Shown here in pieces: positions 9,249 to 17,317 of a stretch of DNA of 64,000 nucleotides (within the stretch, counting starts at the first letter, position 1; the number at the start of each line of letters is the position of its first letter). Position numbers and translations under genes: made by a program. The DNA comes from an uncultured Verrucomicrobia subdivision 3 bacterium (lineage in GTDB: Bacteria; Verrucomicrobiota; Verrucomicrobiia; Limisphaerales; UBA11358): NCBI GenBank assembly GCA_903861445.1, contig CAIOUK010000215.1:393-64392 (forward strand). The letters are read 5' to 3'. Under the pieces are notes generated by a model. That model was not told the origin of the DNA and made no database searches. It was given only the letters and a program-made list of their open reading frames with translations.

Positions 9249-10612
9249 TGCGTGTTGTTCGCCACCAAACTTTCCCGCGCTTTTTCGCCCAGCGCCCAGC
9301 CAAGCCGGCTCAAGTCCTGACGATATAAGATTTTGGGCGTGCCGTCGCTGACATCGAAAATAAATTTTACCCTCCGGTAGCCGCGCCCGAACGGCCCGAC
9401 CGCCGCGATGTCCGCTGTGAACTGATAGCTGTGCGTGGTCAGCCAGTCGCCCTTCGCCAGCGCTGTGACTACCGGGCTGTTGTTGCCGAGCGCGTCAATG
9501 ACCCAGGCGATGGAGTTGAGATTGTTTGAATTTTGCTGGCGATAGGAAACCAGCGTCTGCGCCGCGCTAATGGCGGTTTGTTCGTCAATGTTCGCGCCCA
9601 TGAACATCGCCGTCAGCACGTCGGAGTTGGCGGTGTTGACGTTCACGCGGTTGCGGATGTAGGTATTGGTTTTTGTCGTCACCCCATTGGCGATGGCGGC
9701 AAAATCATCCGAGCTCAATCCCTGATTTTTGCAGAACAGCGCGAAATCCAGAAGGCCGTTGAAATTTTGCCCCCGTCCGTTTTTCGGATGCAGCCGGTTG
9801 TTGATGGCGGTCCACAACTGGTTTTCGCGGCTGGTGCCGAGATTCTGGAACAGCGATTTGATTTGACCTTCTTTCGCCGTGTTCACATTGGTCAGCGAAG
9901 AGCCGTCGGCATGAAAATTCGGTTCGCGCGTATAGACCGTCACATCTCCGAACAGGCCGGAATCCAGCTCGCCATTGCCGTTGACATCTTTTTCATTGGC
10001 GTCCAGCACGCCGTTGCGGTTCAGATCCTCGCCGGCCAACATATCTTCCGTTGCGCCATAGACGAGTCGCAGTTCGTCCACCGTTTCGAACGGCGCATTT
10101 TTTGCCACATAGCCGAGCGAATTGTAGTCGAGCGACACCACTCCGTTCGTGCCGCGCCAATCCATGATCGCTTCGGCAAAATCGGACGTGATGTTCGGCA
10201 GATACTGGAAAACATTAGTGCTGACATTATTTAAATTCAATTTGCCGCCCTCATCCACCAATCCAAAATACGGCTCGGTGGAATTACCTTCGTTCGGATC
10301 GCGGCCGATAAGCCAAAATTTCGCGTCGCCCACCGGCACGGCCTCGCACTTGAACTGTGAGCTGTCCGGCACCACGCCGTTGGTGGCGTAATTTTGCAGC
10401 ACGAGGCCGACATAGCGCGCCGCGCCCTCGATGGCCTGGTCCGCCGCGACGCCGCTCGCGCGGTTGTCGGCGGCGCGCAGTTCGTAAGTCATCGTGTTTG
10501 CAAAATACAGCGCGATGCTGACAAGGCCGAGGCACACCCACAACACGATTACCAGCACCGACGCGTGTTCGCGCCGGGCGGCAAATCGTTTTGGTTGGAG
10601 CGGCAATTTCAT
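9245..10612 (-). CDS. gspK: GspK-like minor pseudopilin
   Basis: Basic N-terminus plus hydrophobic helix without Glu5 (RREHASVLVIVLWVCLGLVSIALYF). Large globular body with an Asp/Asn-rich Ca-binding-like run (DLNRNGVLDANEKDVNGNGELD) and VNVNTANSDVLTAM. It sits after the G/H/I/J-type genes. Confidence 0.75.
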   Translation of the reverse strand: MKLPLQPKRFAARREHASVLVIVLWVCLGLVSIALYFANTMTYELRAADNRASGVAADQAIEGAARYVGLVLQNYATNGVVPDSSQFKCEAVPVGDAKFWLIGRDPNEGNSTEPYFGLVDEGGKLNLNNVSTNVFQYLPNITSDFAEAIMDWRGTNGVVSLDYNSLGYVAKNAPFETVDELRLVYGATEDMLAGEDLNRNGVLDANEKDVNGNGELDSGLFGDVTVYTREPNFHADGSSLTNVNTAKEGQIKSLFQNLGTSRENQLWTAINNRLHPKNGRGQNFNGLLDFALFCKNQGLSSDDFAAIANGVTTKTNTYIRNRVNVNTANSDVLTAMFMGANIDEQTAISAAQTLVSYRQQNSNNLNSIAWVIDALGNNSPVVTALAKGDWLTTHSYQFTADIAAVGPFGRGYRRVKFIFDVSDGTPKILYRQDLSRLGWALGEKARESLVANNTQ

Positions 10613-10614
10613 TT

Positions 10615-11397
10615 TTAATTTCCCGTCGCGCTGAACAGAACCATGTTCGTCCGTGTCACAGAATCAATCGGCACCACCAGTTGAATCGGCTGCGCCGTCC
10701 GGTTCGCGCCGGCCAGTTGGATTTCCACGCGCACGGCCAGCGGCAGATTCGTGTTCACCGTGGTCGGGTCGGTCGTGTCCCAGACTTCCTGCCATTGTGT
10801 GCCGTCGAAACAGGAAAATTTCACGCTTGCCACGCCGCTCAACAGGAGCTGGTTATCCACAAATGGCGTCGTGGTGGACAACAAATTTCTCAAGACGCTG
10901 CGATACAAATCACGCTGGCCGGAAACCGCGGTGGAATTTTTCAACTCATAGGTCACGCGCTGGATGTCCGCCCACGGCGCGTTCGCGCCCAACGCGCCGG
11001 TCGCCGTGAAAATCTCCGCCACCGCCGGCTCGCTGACGCCGGTGCTGGTGATGCCGGTGCTGGTGATGCCGGTGCCGACGCGGAAGCTGCCGGAGAGAAA
11101 TTTACTCGTGCCGTTGGTGGGCGTGACGACGCATTGCAAATCGCGGCGTAAAAACGTGAAGGCCTGATCCACCGGCGTCGCGGTGTCCACCACGTTGGTC
11201 GTCACCTCGCGCAGGCGCAGCGCGCTGAACAGCACGGCGCTGACCGCGACCAGCACGATGGCCGCCACGCCGATGGCGAGAATCATCTCGACCAGCGTGA
11301 AGGCACATTTCGAACGGCGAATGGCAAATGGCGAATCCGCCGCCACGCCGAGCGCGGCAGCCATTCGTAATTCGTAATTCGTAATTCGTAATTTCAT
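10615..11397 (-). CDS. GspJ-like minor pseudopilin (prepilin-type N-terminal methylation motif)
   Basis: Motif AFTLVEMILAIGVAAIVLVAV. ATG 11397 overlaps the upstream stop as ATGA. An alternative ATG at 11364 would leave the heptamer tract as a 30-nt spacer. The longer ORF in the track (start 11523) overlaps the upstream gene and is not favoured. Confidence 0.7.
   Translation of the reverse strand: MKLRITNYELRMAAALGVAADSPFAIRRSKCAFTLVEMILAIGVAAIVLVAVSAVLFSALRLREVTTNVVDTATPVDQAFTFLRRDLQCVVTPTNGTSKFLSGSFRVGTGITSTGITSTGVSEPAVAEIFTATGALGANAPWADIQRVTYELKNSTAVSGQRDLYRSVLRNLLSTTTPFVDNQLLLSGVASVKFSCFDGTQWQEVWDTTDPTTVNTNLPLAVRVEIQLAGANRTAQPIQLVVPIDSVTRTNMVLFSATGN
11363..11397. repeat. heptanucleotide tandem repeat: attcgta x4 plus one degenerate unit
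   Basis: Plus strand reads attcgtaattcgtaattcgtaattcgtaatttcat. On the coding strand it would encode KLRITNYELR of the prepilin leader if ATG 11397 is used. Confidence 0.95.
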
Positions 11398-11804
11398 TGC
11401 GTCATGTTCAAAGTTGTCGCGCCCGGCAGACTCGCCAGCGTGTCCAGCTTCACCGAATAATCTTTGCCCTGTGCGGAAAATTTCACTTCCGCCGTCACCA
11501 GTTGCATTGCGTCCTGCGGCCACGACTGGCTCGTGAGCGTCCAGCTAAAATTCTGTGCGCCCTCGCTTGTCGTGCCGCTCTGCGTGCCGTTGTTCCAGTT
11601 CGTCAGCACCAAACTCTCGTTCAAAATCCGGTCGGCCACGCGCACCGCCGCGCCCTTGCGCGCCGCGACCTCGCCCGCGAGGCTGGCGACGTGCATGGCT
11701 TCGATCGCCACCGGCACGACGATGGCCAGAAACAACAGCGCCACCATGACCTCGACCAGCGTGAAGGCGGGTGGACGCCTATTTTTCGCGGTCGTTAATC
11801 TCAT
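11394..11804 (-). CDS. GspI-like minor pseudopilin
   Basis: MRLTTAKNRRPPA/FTLVEVMVALLFLAIVVPVAI prepilin motif. The 136 aa size is typical of GspI. It lies between the H-like and J-like genes. Confidence 0.7.
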   Translation of the reverse strand: MRLTTAKNRRPPAFTLVEVMVALLFLAIVVPVAIEAMHVASLAGEVAARKGAAVRVADRILNESLVLTNWNNGTQSGTTSEGAQNFSWTLTSQSWPQDAMQLVTAEVKFSAQGKDYSVKLDTLASLPGATTLNMTQ

Positions 11805-12336
11805 AACCCTGATGGTTGTCCGTTTCTGCCAGCCAGCGGGAAAACCCCGCGCTGTCTGTCAATTTTAACTGCTGCGGGCTGCCTTCATCCACCGCGCCGT
11901 CCGGCAGAAATCGGATGGCCGGCAGATTTCTGAAAGACGTCGCCGTTCCGCTGCCGGTTTTCACCACGGTAAATTTCAAGGTCGGATCCACCGTCAAATT
12001 TTCCGCCTTCGCGTCGCCGTTCTGGCCGCTGGTTTCGGCTTCCGCGCCATACTGGCCGGTTTTTTCATCCAGCCAAAAAATCATCGGCATTCCTTCCGAC
12101 ACCGCGCGGCTTTGCGTGGTGTGTATGAGCGCCAGCATCCGCCGCGCCTCGGAATCCAACGCGCGGCCCTGAATGAAACCGGATATGCGCGGCACCACCA
12201 AGGCGGTCATAACCACCAGTAACGCCAGCACCAAAATCAATTCAATGAGCGTGAAGGCGGAGGCGGATTTCGCGTTGCAAATTTCAAATGACAAATGGCG
12301 ACCGGTCGTTCGCGCTGCCGGCATTCGCAATTTCAT
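11779..12336 (-). CDS. GspH-like minor pseudopilin
   Basis: ATG 12336 lies 2 nt after the gspG stop. Motif SASA/FTLIELILVLALLVVMTALVVPRISGFIQGRALDSEARRML. The ORF-track start at 12462 would overlap gspG and is not favoured. Confidence 0.7.
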   Translation of the reverse strand: MKLRMPAARTTGRHLSFEICNAKSASAFTLIELILVLALLVVMTALVVPRISGFIQGRALDSEARRMLALIHTTQSRAVSEGMPMIFWLDEKTGQYGAEAETSGQNGDAKAENLTVDPTLKFTVVKTGSGTATSFRNLPAIRFLPDGAVDEGSPQQLKLTDSAGFSRWLAETDNHQGYEINDREK

Positions 12337-12338
12337 TT

Positions 12339-12794
12339 TTATTTTGCCCAACTGACAATATCGTCGTCCGTGCCTTCCTTGCCGTCCGGGCCGACGGACA
12401 GCAGGTCGTAGGAACCGGGCGTGTGTTTGCCGGGAAAAGTGTATATGTAAGGATGATGCCACTGGTCCACCGGCAGGCTTTCCAGATACGGCCCGTGCCA
12501 GTCCCGCGCGTTGCTGGGGGGCGTGACCAAATCCTGTAGGCTCTTGGGATACGAACCCATGTCCACTTCATATTGGCCGAGTGCCGACTTGATGCCGCCG
12601 TTGATGTCGGTTGTGGTCGCCGTAATCCGGGCGCGTTCGCTGGAGCCGGCGATCCGGGGAATGACCAGCGCGGCCAGAATGCCGATGATGACCACCACCA
12701 GCAGAATTTCCACAAGGGTGAACGCGCGGCGCAACCGGGATGATTTGGGAACAAGTTTTTTGATTTCGATTTTCATAAACAGTTTGGTTTTCAT
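12339..12794 (-). CDS. gspG: major pseudopilin GspG
   Basis: ATG 12794 overlaps the gspF stop as ATGA. Motif RRA/FTLVEILLVVVIIGILAALVIP. The C-terminal T2SS_G signature DWHGPYLESLPVDQWHHPYIYTFPG...YDLLSVGPDGKEGTDDDIVSW is present. Confidence 0.9.
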   Translation of the reverse strand: MKTKLFMKIEIKKLVPKSSRLRRAFTLVEILLVVVIIGILAALVIPRIAGSSERARITATTTDINGGIKSALGQYEVDMGSYPKSLQDLVTPPSNARDWHGPYLESLPVDQWHHPYIYTFPGKHTPGSYDLLSVGPDGKEGTDDDIVSWAK

Positions 12795-14035
12795 TTGATG
12801 TTTTGGCTCATAGTCAGCACCGGCAGCAGCATGCCGATGAAAATAGTGCCGATGAAACCGGCGATCAGGAACAACATCAGCGGTTCGGCCAGCGCAACGG
12901 CGGTTTTCAAGTTGCGGTCCAAATCGGCCTCCGTGACGACGGCCACCCGGACCAGTTCGGCGTCGAGCTTGCCGCTTTCCTCGGCGACGGAAATCATTTC
13001 CAGCACCGAACCGGAAAAGAGCGCCTTGCAATCGGCCAGGCTCTGGCCGAGCCGTCCGCCCTGCTGCACGCGTTCAATGGCCTGCGCCACGGCATCCACG
13101 AGAATCTGATTGCCAATCGAGCGGCGCGCCACGTTCAAGCCCTGCACCAGCGGCACGCCTGCGCCGATCAAGGTGCCGAGCATCCGGCAGAAACGGGCCA
13201 TGGCAAATTGCGCGATGAGCGGGCCGGCGAGCGGCGTTTTCAAAATTATTCCCTCCCAGACGCGCCGGCCTTTTTCCGAGACCAGCCAGGCGCGCACGAG
13301 AAAAAGTGCCACGACCAGCGCGGCGGCGACGAACAAACCATACGCCCGGATCAAATCGCTTGCGCCGATGATGATTTTCGTGAGCAACGGCAGCGAACCG
13401 TGGATGCTGTTGAACAGGTTCCGCAGCATCGGAATAAAAAAAGTCAGCAGCGCGACGAGCACGCCCACGGCCAGCACCAGCAGGATGCAAGGATACAGCA
13501 TGGCCTGCATCACCTTTGATTTCAGGTCTTTCTCGCGCGCTTGAAATTCCGCGATCTGCGCCAGCACCACGTCCAGAAATCCGCCCGCCTCGCCCGCTTC
13601 GACCATCGCGACATAGACGCGCGGAAAAGTTTCCGGCGATTTCGCCATCGCATTCGCCAGCGACATGCCATCTACCACGAGGTCGTGAATTTGTTTCCAC
13701 TGCGCTTTTGACGCCGGCGACGACGCTTCTTTCTGTAAAATCACCAGCGCGCGGCTCAACGGCACGCCCGCCGCCAGCAGACTGGAAAGCAGCCGGGTAA
13801 AATTTTCTAGTTCCTTCGCGGAAACTTTTTTGGACGCGAAATCGAAAGTGATATTCCCCAATGACGACGGAGCAGCGGAACCTTTTTTGCCGGCGGAATT
13901 TTTCTCCAACAAGTTTACCGGACGCAAGCCGAGCGTTTCCATCTGCCGCAGCGCGTCGGGGCGACCGGCGGCGTCCAACACGCCCACGGCCATTTTGCCG
14001 TCGCGCTGCAAGGCTTTGTAGGCAAAAGTAGGCAT
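12791..14035 (-). CDS. gspF: type II secretion inner-membrane platform protein GspF
   Basis: 414 aa with two T2SSF-type repeats and three TM segments. Characteristic stretches are FTRLLSSLLAAGVPLSRAL and FCRMLGTLIGAGVPLVQGL. Confidence 0.95.
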   Translation of the reverse strand: MPTFAYKALQRDGKMAVGVLDAAGRPDALRQMETLGLRPVNLLEKNSAGKKGSAAPSSLGNITFDFASKKVSAKELENFTRLLSSLLAAGVPLSRALVILQKEASSPASKAQWKQIHDLVVDGMSLANAMAKSPETFPRVYVAMVEAGEAGGFLDVVLAQIAEFQAREKDLKSKVMQAMLYPCILLVLAVGVLVALLTFFIPMLRNLFNSIHGSLPLLTKIIIGASDLIRAYGLFVAAALVVALFLVRAWLVSEKGRRVWEGIILKTPLAGPLIAQFAMARFCRMLGTLIGAGVPLVQGLNVARRSIGNQILVDAVAQAIERVQQGGRLGQSLADCKALFSGSVLEMISVAEESGKLDAELVRVAVVTEADLDRNLKTAVALAEPLMLFLIAGFIGTIFIGMLLPVLTMSQNIK

Positions 14036-14041
14036 GAAAAA

Positions 14042-15766
14042 TTAGCGCGCCACCGCGATGCTCGCGGTGGAATCACCGACCTGGTTTTTTGTCGCGGTCT
14101 CGACTTCCTTCGCCGTGGTGACGCTCAACACTTCTTCCACCGTCGTGACGCCGGCGGCGACCAAACGCCAGCCGTCCTCGGCGAGTGTGCGCATTCCGGC
14201 TTTGCGCGCGGCGGCGCGGATTTGATCCGTCGAGGCGCTTTTCAAAATGAGCTGGCGGATTTCCTCGTCGGTGTTCATCCACTCAAAAATCGCGTGGCGG
14301 CCAAAGAAACCGGTATTGCGGCACTCGCGGCAGCCGACGGATTTGAAAATGGTTTTGTCCGCCGCGATGCCGAGCTTGGCTTTGAAAGATTGCGCCCGCA
14401 CGGAATTATCCGGCTGTTTGCAATGCTTGCAAAGCACGCGCACGAGCCGTTGCGCCAGCACGGCTTCGAGCGACGAGGCGACGAGATACGGCTCGACGCC
14501 CATGTCCACCAGCCGCGTCAGTGCGCCGGGCGCGTCGTTGGTGTGCAACGTGGAAAAAACCAGGTGACCGGTGAGCGACGCCTGCACCGCGATTTGCGCG
14601 GTTTCGGCGTCGCGGATTTCGCCGATGAGAATCACGTCGGGATCGTGGCGCAAAATCGAGCGCAAGCCGCGCGCGAACGTCAGGCCGGATTTTTCGTTGA
14701 CCTGAATCTGGTTGACGCCTTTGAGCTGATATTCCACCGGATCTTCGACCGTGATGATTTTTCGGACGGCGTCGTTGATTTCGTTGAGCGCCGTGTAAAG
14801 CGTGGAAGTTTTGCCGGAGCCGGTCGGGCCGGTGACTAAAATAATTCCGTGCGGCAAACCGAGAACGTGCTGAAAATGTTCCAACTCGCGCTGGTTCATG
14901 CCGATTTCGCCAAGGCCGCGCAGCGTGGAGTTCTGCCGCAGCAGGCGCATCACGACCGCTTCGCCGTGCAGCATCGGGATGATGGAAACGCGAATGTCCA
15001 CCTCGGCCTGATCAATGCGGACCTTGATGCGACCATCCTGTGGCAGGCGTTTTTCCGCGATGTTGAGGTGGCTCAAGATCTTGATGCGCGAAACGATGGC
15101 CGGCTGAAATTGCTTCAATTGCGGCGGCACGGCCGTGTCCTGCAATTCCCCGTCTATGCGGTAGCGGATTTTGAATTCGTCCTCAAATGGCTCCAGATGA
15201 ATATCCGACGCGCGCAGCTCGATGGCGTCTTTCAACACCTGGTTGACGAAACGGATGATGGACGCCTCGTCCTCTTCGCCGGAATCGAGGTCGGTGTTCT
15301 CGGCGTTTTCGTCAACGACCTGGATGGATTTTTCCTCGTCGAGGGTGCCGATGGTGTCGGCGCCGACGCCGAGGCGCTTTTTGATTTCGCGCTGGATGGC
15401 TTCGCTCGTAGAGAGAATCGGTTTGAGGTTCAAGCCGGTCAAAGTTTTCAGCGCGTCAAAACCTTGCGTGGCAAACAGGCGGCTCGTCGCGACTTCGACG
15501 GAACCGTTGGTGCGCTGGAGCGGAAGCAATTCTTCCTTCAGTAAAATGCGCGCGGGAAAAAGGGAGAGAAGCTGACGATCCGGCTCGACGTCTTCGAGCG
15601 TCGTGTAGCCGAGGCCGTATTCGGTCGCAAGCCAGCGGAGAATTTCTTCCTCGCTGGACAAATTCAGTTTCGCGAGCGCGGTGGCATCCAGCGCAGACAG
15701 TTGCCGGGACGCGACCATGCGTTCCAGCAACCCCTTTGATGAATCTTGAACCGTGGTGGCGGCCAT
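14042..15766 (-). CDS. gspE: type II secretion ATPase GspE
   Basis: N-terminal T2SSE_N/MshEN-like domain. Walker A GPTGSGKTST, Asp box, Walker B VILIGEIRD, His box TGHLVFSTLHTN, and a tetracysteine Zn motif CKHC...CRECRNTG. Confidence 0.95.
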   Translation of the reverse strand: MAATTVQDSSKGLLERMVASRQLSALDATALAKLNLSSEEEILRWLATEYGLGYTTLEDVEPDRQLLSLFPARILLKEELLPLQRTNGSVEVATSRLFATQGFDALKTLTGLNLKPILSTSEAIQREIKKRLGVGADTIGTLDEEKSIQVVDENAENTDLDSGEEDEASIIRFVNQVLKDAIELRASDIHLEPFEDEFKIRYRIDGELQDTAVPPQLKQFQPAIVSRIKILSHLNIAEKRLPQDGRIKVRIDQAEVDIRVSIIPMLHGEAVVMRLLRQNSTLRGLGEIGMNQRELEHFQHVLGLPHGIILVTGPTGSGKTSTLYTALNEINDAVRKIITVEDPVEYQLKGVNQIQVNEKSGLTFARGLRSILRHDPDVILIGEIRDAETAQIAVQASLTGHLVFSTLHTNDAPGALTRLVDMGVEPYLVASSLEAVLAQRLVRVLCKHCKQPDNSVRAQSFKAKLGIAADKTIFKSVGCRECRNTGFFGRHAIFEWMNTDEEIRQLILKSASTDQIRAAARKAGMRTLAEDGWRLVAAGVTTVEEVLSVTTAKEVETATKNQVGDSTASIAVAR

Positions 15767-15793
15767 GAATCGTCAGCTTTCGTCTCGGAATTA

Positions 15794-16378
15794 TTAGTTC
15801 ACCAGACCAAGCAGATAAGCCTGCGCTTCCTGTTTCGTCGTGAGCACAGCCTTGAGGTCGGCCTGCGCCGCTTCAAGCTTGGCCTGTTTGACTTTCTGCG
15901 CAGCCTTGTATTTGGCGAGCAAATCCTTGATCTGCGCCGCCGGAGCGTTGTCGTCAATCGCCTTTTGCAAAGCTTCCTGTTCAGGGCTGGCCTGGCCAAA
16001 CATGCTGGTGCGCGAACGATTCCGGTTGCCGGTCTGATCGCCAGCGGCACTATTAGTGGCGCCACGGTTGCGACCGCCGGTAAACATCCGTCCCATGGTG
16101 CCGCTGCTCACCGCGATACGAGCGTCCATGACTTTCTGCACCAGCGGTTTCACGGCGCTCCACTCGGTGTCGTTGGTGAAGCCGAGTTGTTCCTGCACGC
16201 GTTCCATCATGCGTTGTTGCATCTGGGCGGGATCAAAATTTCCGCCGCCGCGTTGGCGGTTCTGACCATTTTGACCACCGCCGTCGTTATTATTGTTGTC
16301 CTGCGCGAGTCCGCTGCTGACGTTGACGACGAGCGTGATGGCCACGGCGCAGCCGGTGATGATACGATTTAGTTTCAT
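15794..16378 (-). CDS. secreted helical protein with an LTxxQ motif (Spy/CpxP-like, tentative); first gene of the secretion block
   Basis: Signal peptide MKLNRIITGCAVAITLVVNVSSGLAQ, an N/G/Q-rich linker, then helical segments and LTTKQEAQ near the C-terminus. It lies 27 nt upstream of gspE on the same strand. Confidence 0.45.
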   Translation of the reverse strand: MKLNRIITGCAVAITLVVNVSSGLAQDNNNNDGGGQNGQNRQRGGGNFDPAQMQQRMMERVQEQLGFTNDTEWSAVKPLVQKVMDARIAVSSGTMGRMFTGGRNRGATNSAAGDQTGNRNRSRTSMFGQASPEQEALQKAIDDNAPAAQIKDLLAKYKAAQKVKQAKLEAAQADLKAVLTTKQEAQAYLLGLVN

Positions 16379-16457
16379 GTCAATTTTTCTTATGATTTTT
16401 TATAGCGTTGATTCCATGGCGGCACCTTTGCGTGACGGTCATGGCCCGACCCACTTA

Positions 16458-16473
16458 CGCAAGGAACATGCCA
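16458..16473 (-). promoter_or_regulatory. sigma54 (-24/-12) promoter candidate
   Basis: The minus strand reads TGGCATGTTCCTTGCG, against consensus TGGCAC-N5-TTGC(A/T), with exact GG-to-GC spacing. It ends 80 nt upstream of ATG 16378. Confidence 0.65.
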
Positions 16474-16514
16474 GCTTAAAAAGCGCCTATATTTGATAAA
16501 ACCGAAATACCGCC

Positions 16515-16529
16515 GCGCAATCCTTGCTC
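16515..16529. promoter_or_regulatory. dyad GCGCA-N5-TGCTC (9/10), candidate enhancer-binding-protein site
   Basis: gcgcaatccttgctc. The centre is about 75 bp upstream of the transcription start implied by the sigma54 element, and 33 bp from the second dyad. Confidence 0.35.
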
Positions 16530-16547
16530 AATTTGCCAATGTTGACC

Positions 16548-16562
16548 GCGCACTATTTGCGC
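16548..16562. promoter_or_regulatory. perfect dyad GCGCA-N5-TGCGC, candidate enhancer-binding-protein site
   Basis: gcgcactatttgcgc. The centre is about 108 bp upstream of the implied sigma54 transcription start, the usual distance for NtrC-type upstream activator sites. Confidence 0.4.
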
Positions 16563-16808
16563 ACACATGTGGCTGGGTCTGATGTTCTCTGGAATGGTAA
16601 AATGCAGCACCCGGCCAGCCAAAAAAGAGGGCTTTCGGTTTGTTATGCTGGTGGAACTCAATCAGACCATCAACACTTGGGGAGAAGAGCATATCATGCG
16701 CGTGGACACCCAATTAAAACCCTGCCTCGCACAACAGGGTAGCTTGCCGACAAGACGAACAAGAATTGACGAAGGAAAAACAAGATTCGTCTGGCATAAA
16801 GCCGCCGG

Positions 16809-17156
16809 ATGGACGATAAGTTTATTGTGAAAGTAGTGCTGGCCATCCTTTGCAGTTTCGTCCTCTTGTGGGGACAGGCACTGGCTTTGTCCGCGCCTAC
16901 TGCCAGTATCAGCATGACAAAACATGACTGCGGCTGTGGCGGCAAGATGAGCTGCTGTCAGGCCGCTTCTGCTGCGCAACCGACCGCCGCCACGGTGCCC
17001 GCCAGTTCGCAACATCAAATGGTCGCTCCGTTGCCGGTGCTTTTGGCTTGGATTTTGGGTGCCACCCCAACCGCACAAATTTCTCCCACCGTTCCCGCTT
17101 CCTTGTCCGCCGCCAGCGCGCCAATCTTCGCGCGCCACTGCGTTTGGCTCATCTGA
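16809..17156 (+). CDS. small exported Cys-rich protein (possible metal-binding accessory protein)
   Basis: N-terminal hydrophobic signal-like segment (KVVLAILCSFVLLWGQALA), then HDCGCGGKMSCCQ, then an Ala/Pro/Ser-rich tail. It lies directly upstream of cusB on the same strand. No recognisable family. Confidence 0.35.
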   Translation: MDDKFIVKVVLAILCSFVLLWGQALALSAPTASISMTKHDCGCGGKMSCCQAASAAQPTAATVPASSQHQMVAPLPVLLAWILGATPTAQISPTVPASLSAASAPIFARHCVWLI

Positions 17157-17317
17157 TTTTTCTCCGCTGAAGCCTGTGGTGTGCCTTGCGCCGATGCGCT
17201 AGGTGTGATTTCAATTTCACCGCCACTTCAGCTCCCAAAAACTTCCGTTGTCCTGCGCGCCGTGAGGTTTCACGTCCGCGCCTGTCCGAAAGAAAAAATT
17301 CAATCGCAAGAAATTTT

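Noticed and set aside
16417-16431. A plus-strand sigma54-like element TGGCGGCACCTTTGC pointing toward the cus genes
   Set aside because: The GG/GC spacing fits, but the -24 region is poor (TGGCGG rather than TGGCAC). It lies about 380 nt from the first plus-strand ORF and overlaps the 5' UTR of the stronger minus-strand promoter. I kept it only as a remote possibility.
16542-16562. TTGACC followed by the GCGCA-N5-TGCGC dyad, read as a MerR/CueR-type metal-responsive promoter for cusBA
   Set aside because: There is no acceptable -10 hexamer at 19-20 bp spacing, no MerR-family gene is nearby, and the site is about 250 nt from the small ORF. Its position at about -108 relative to the divergent sigma54 promoter explains it better.
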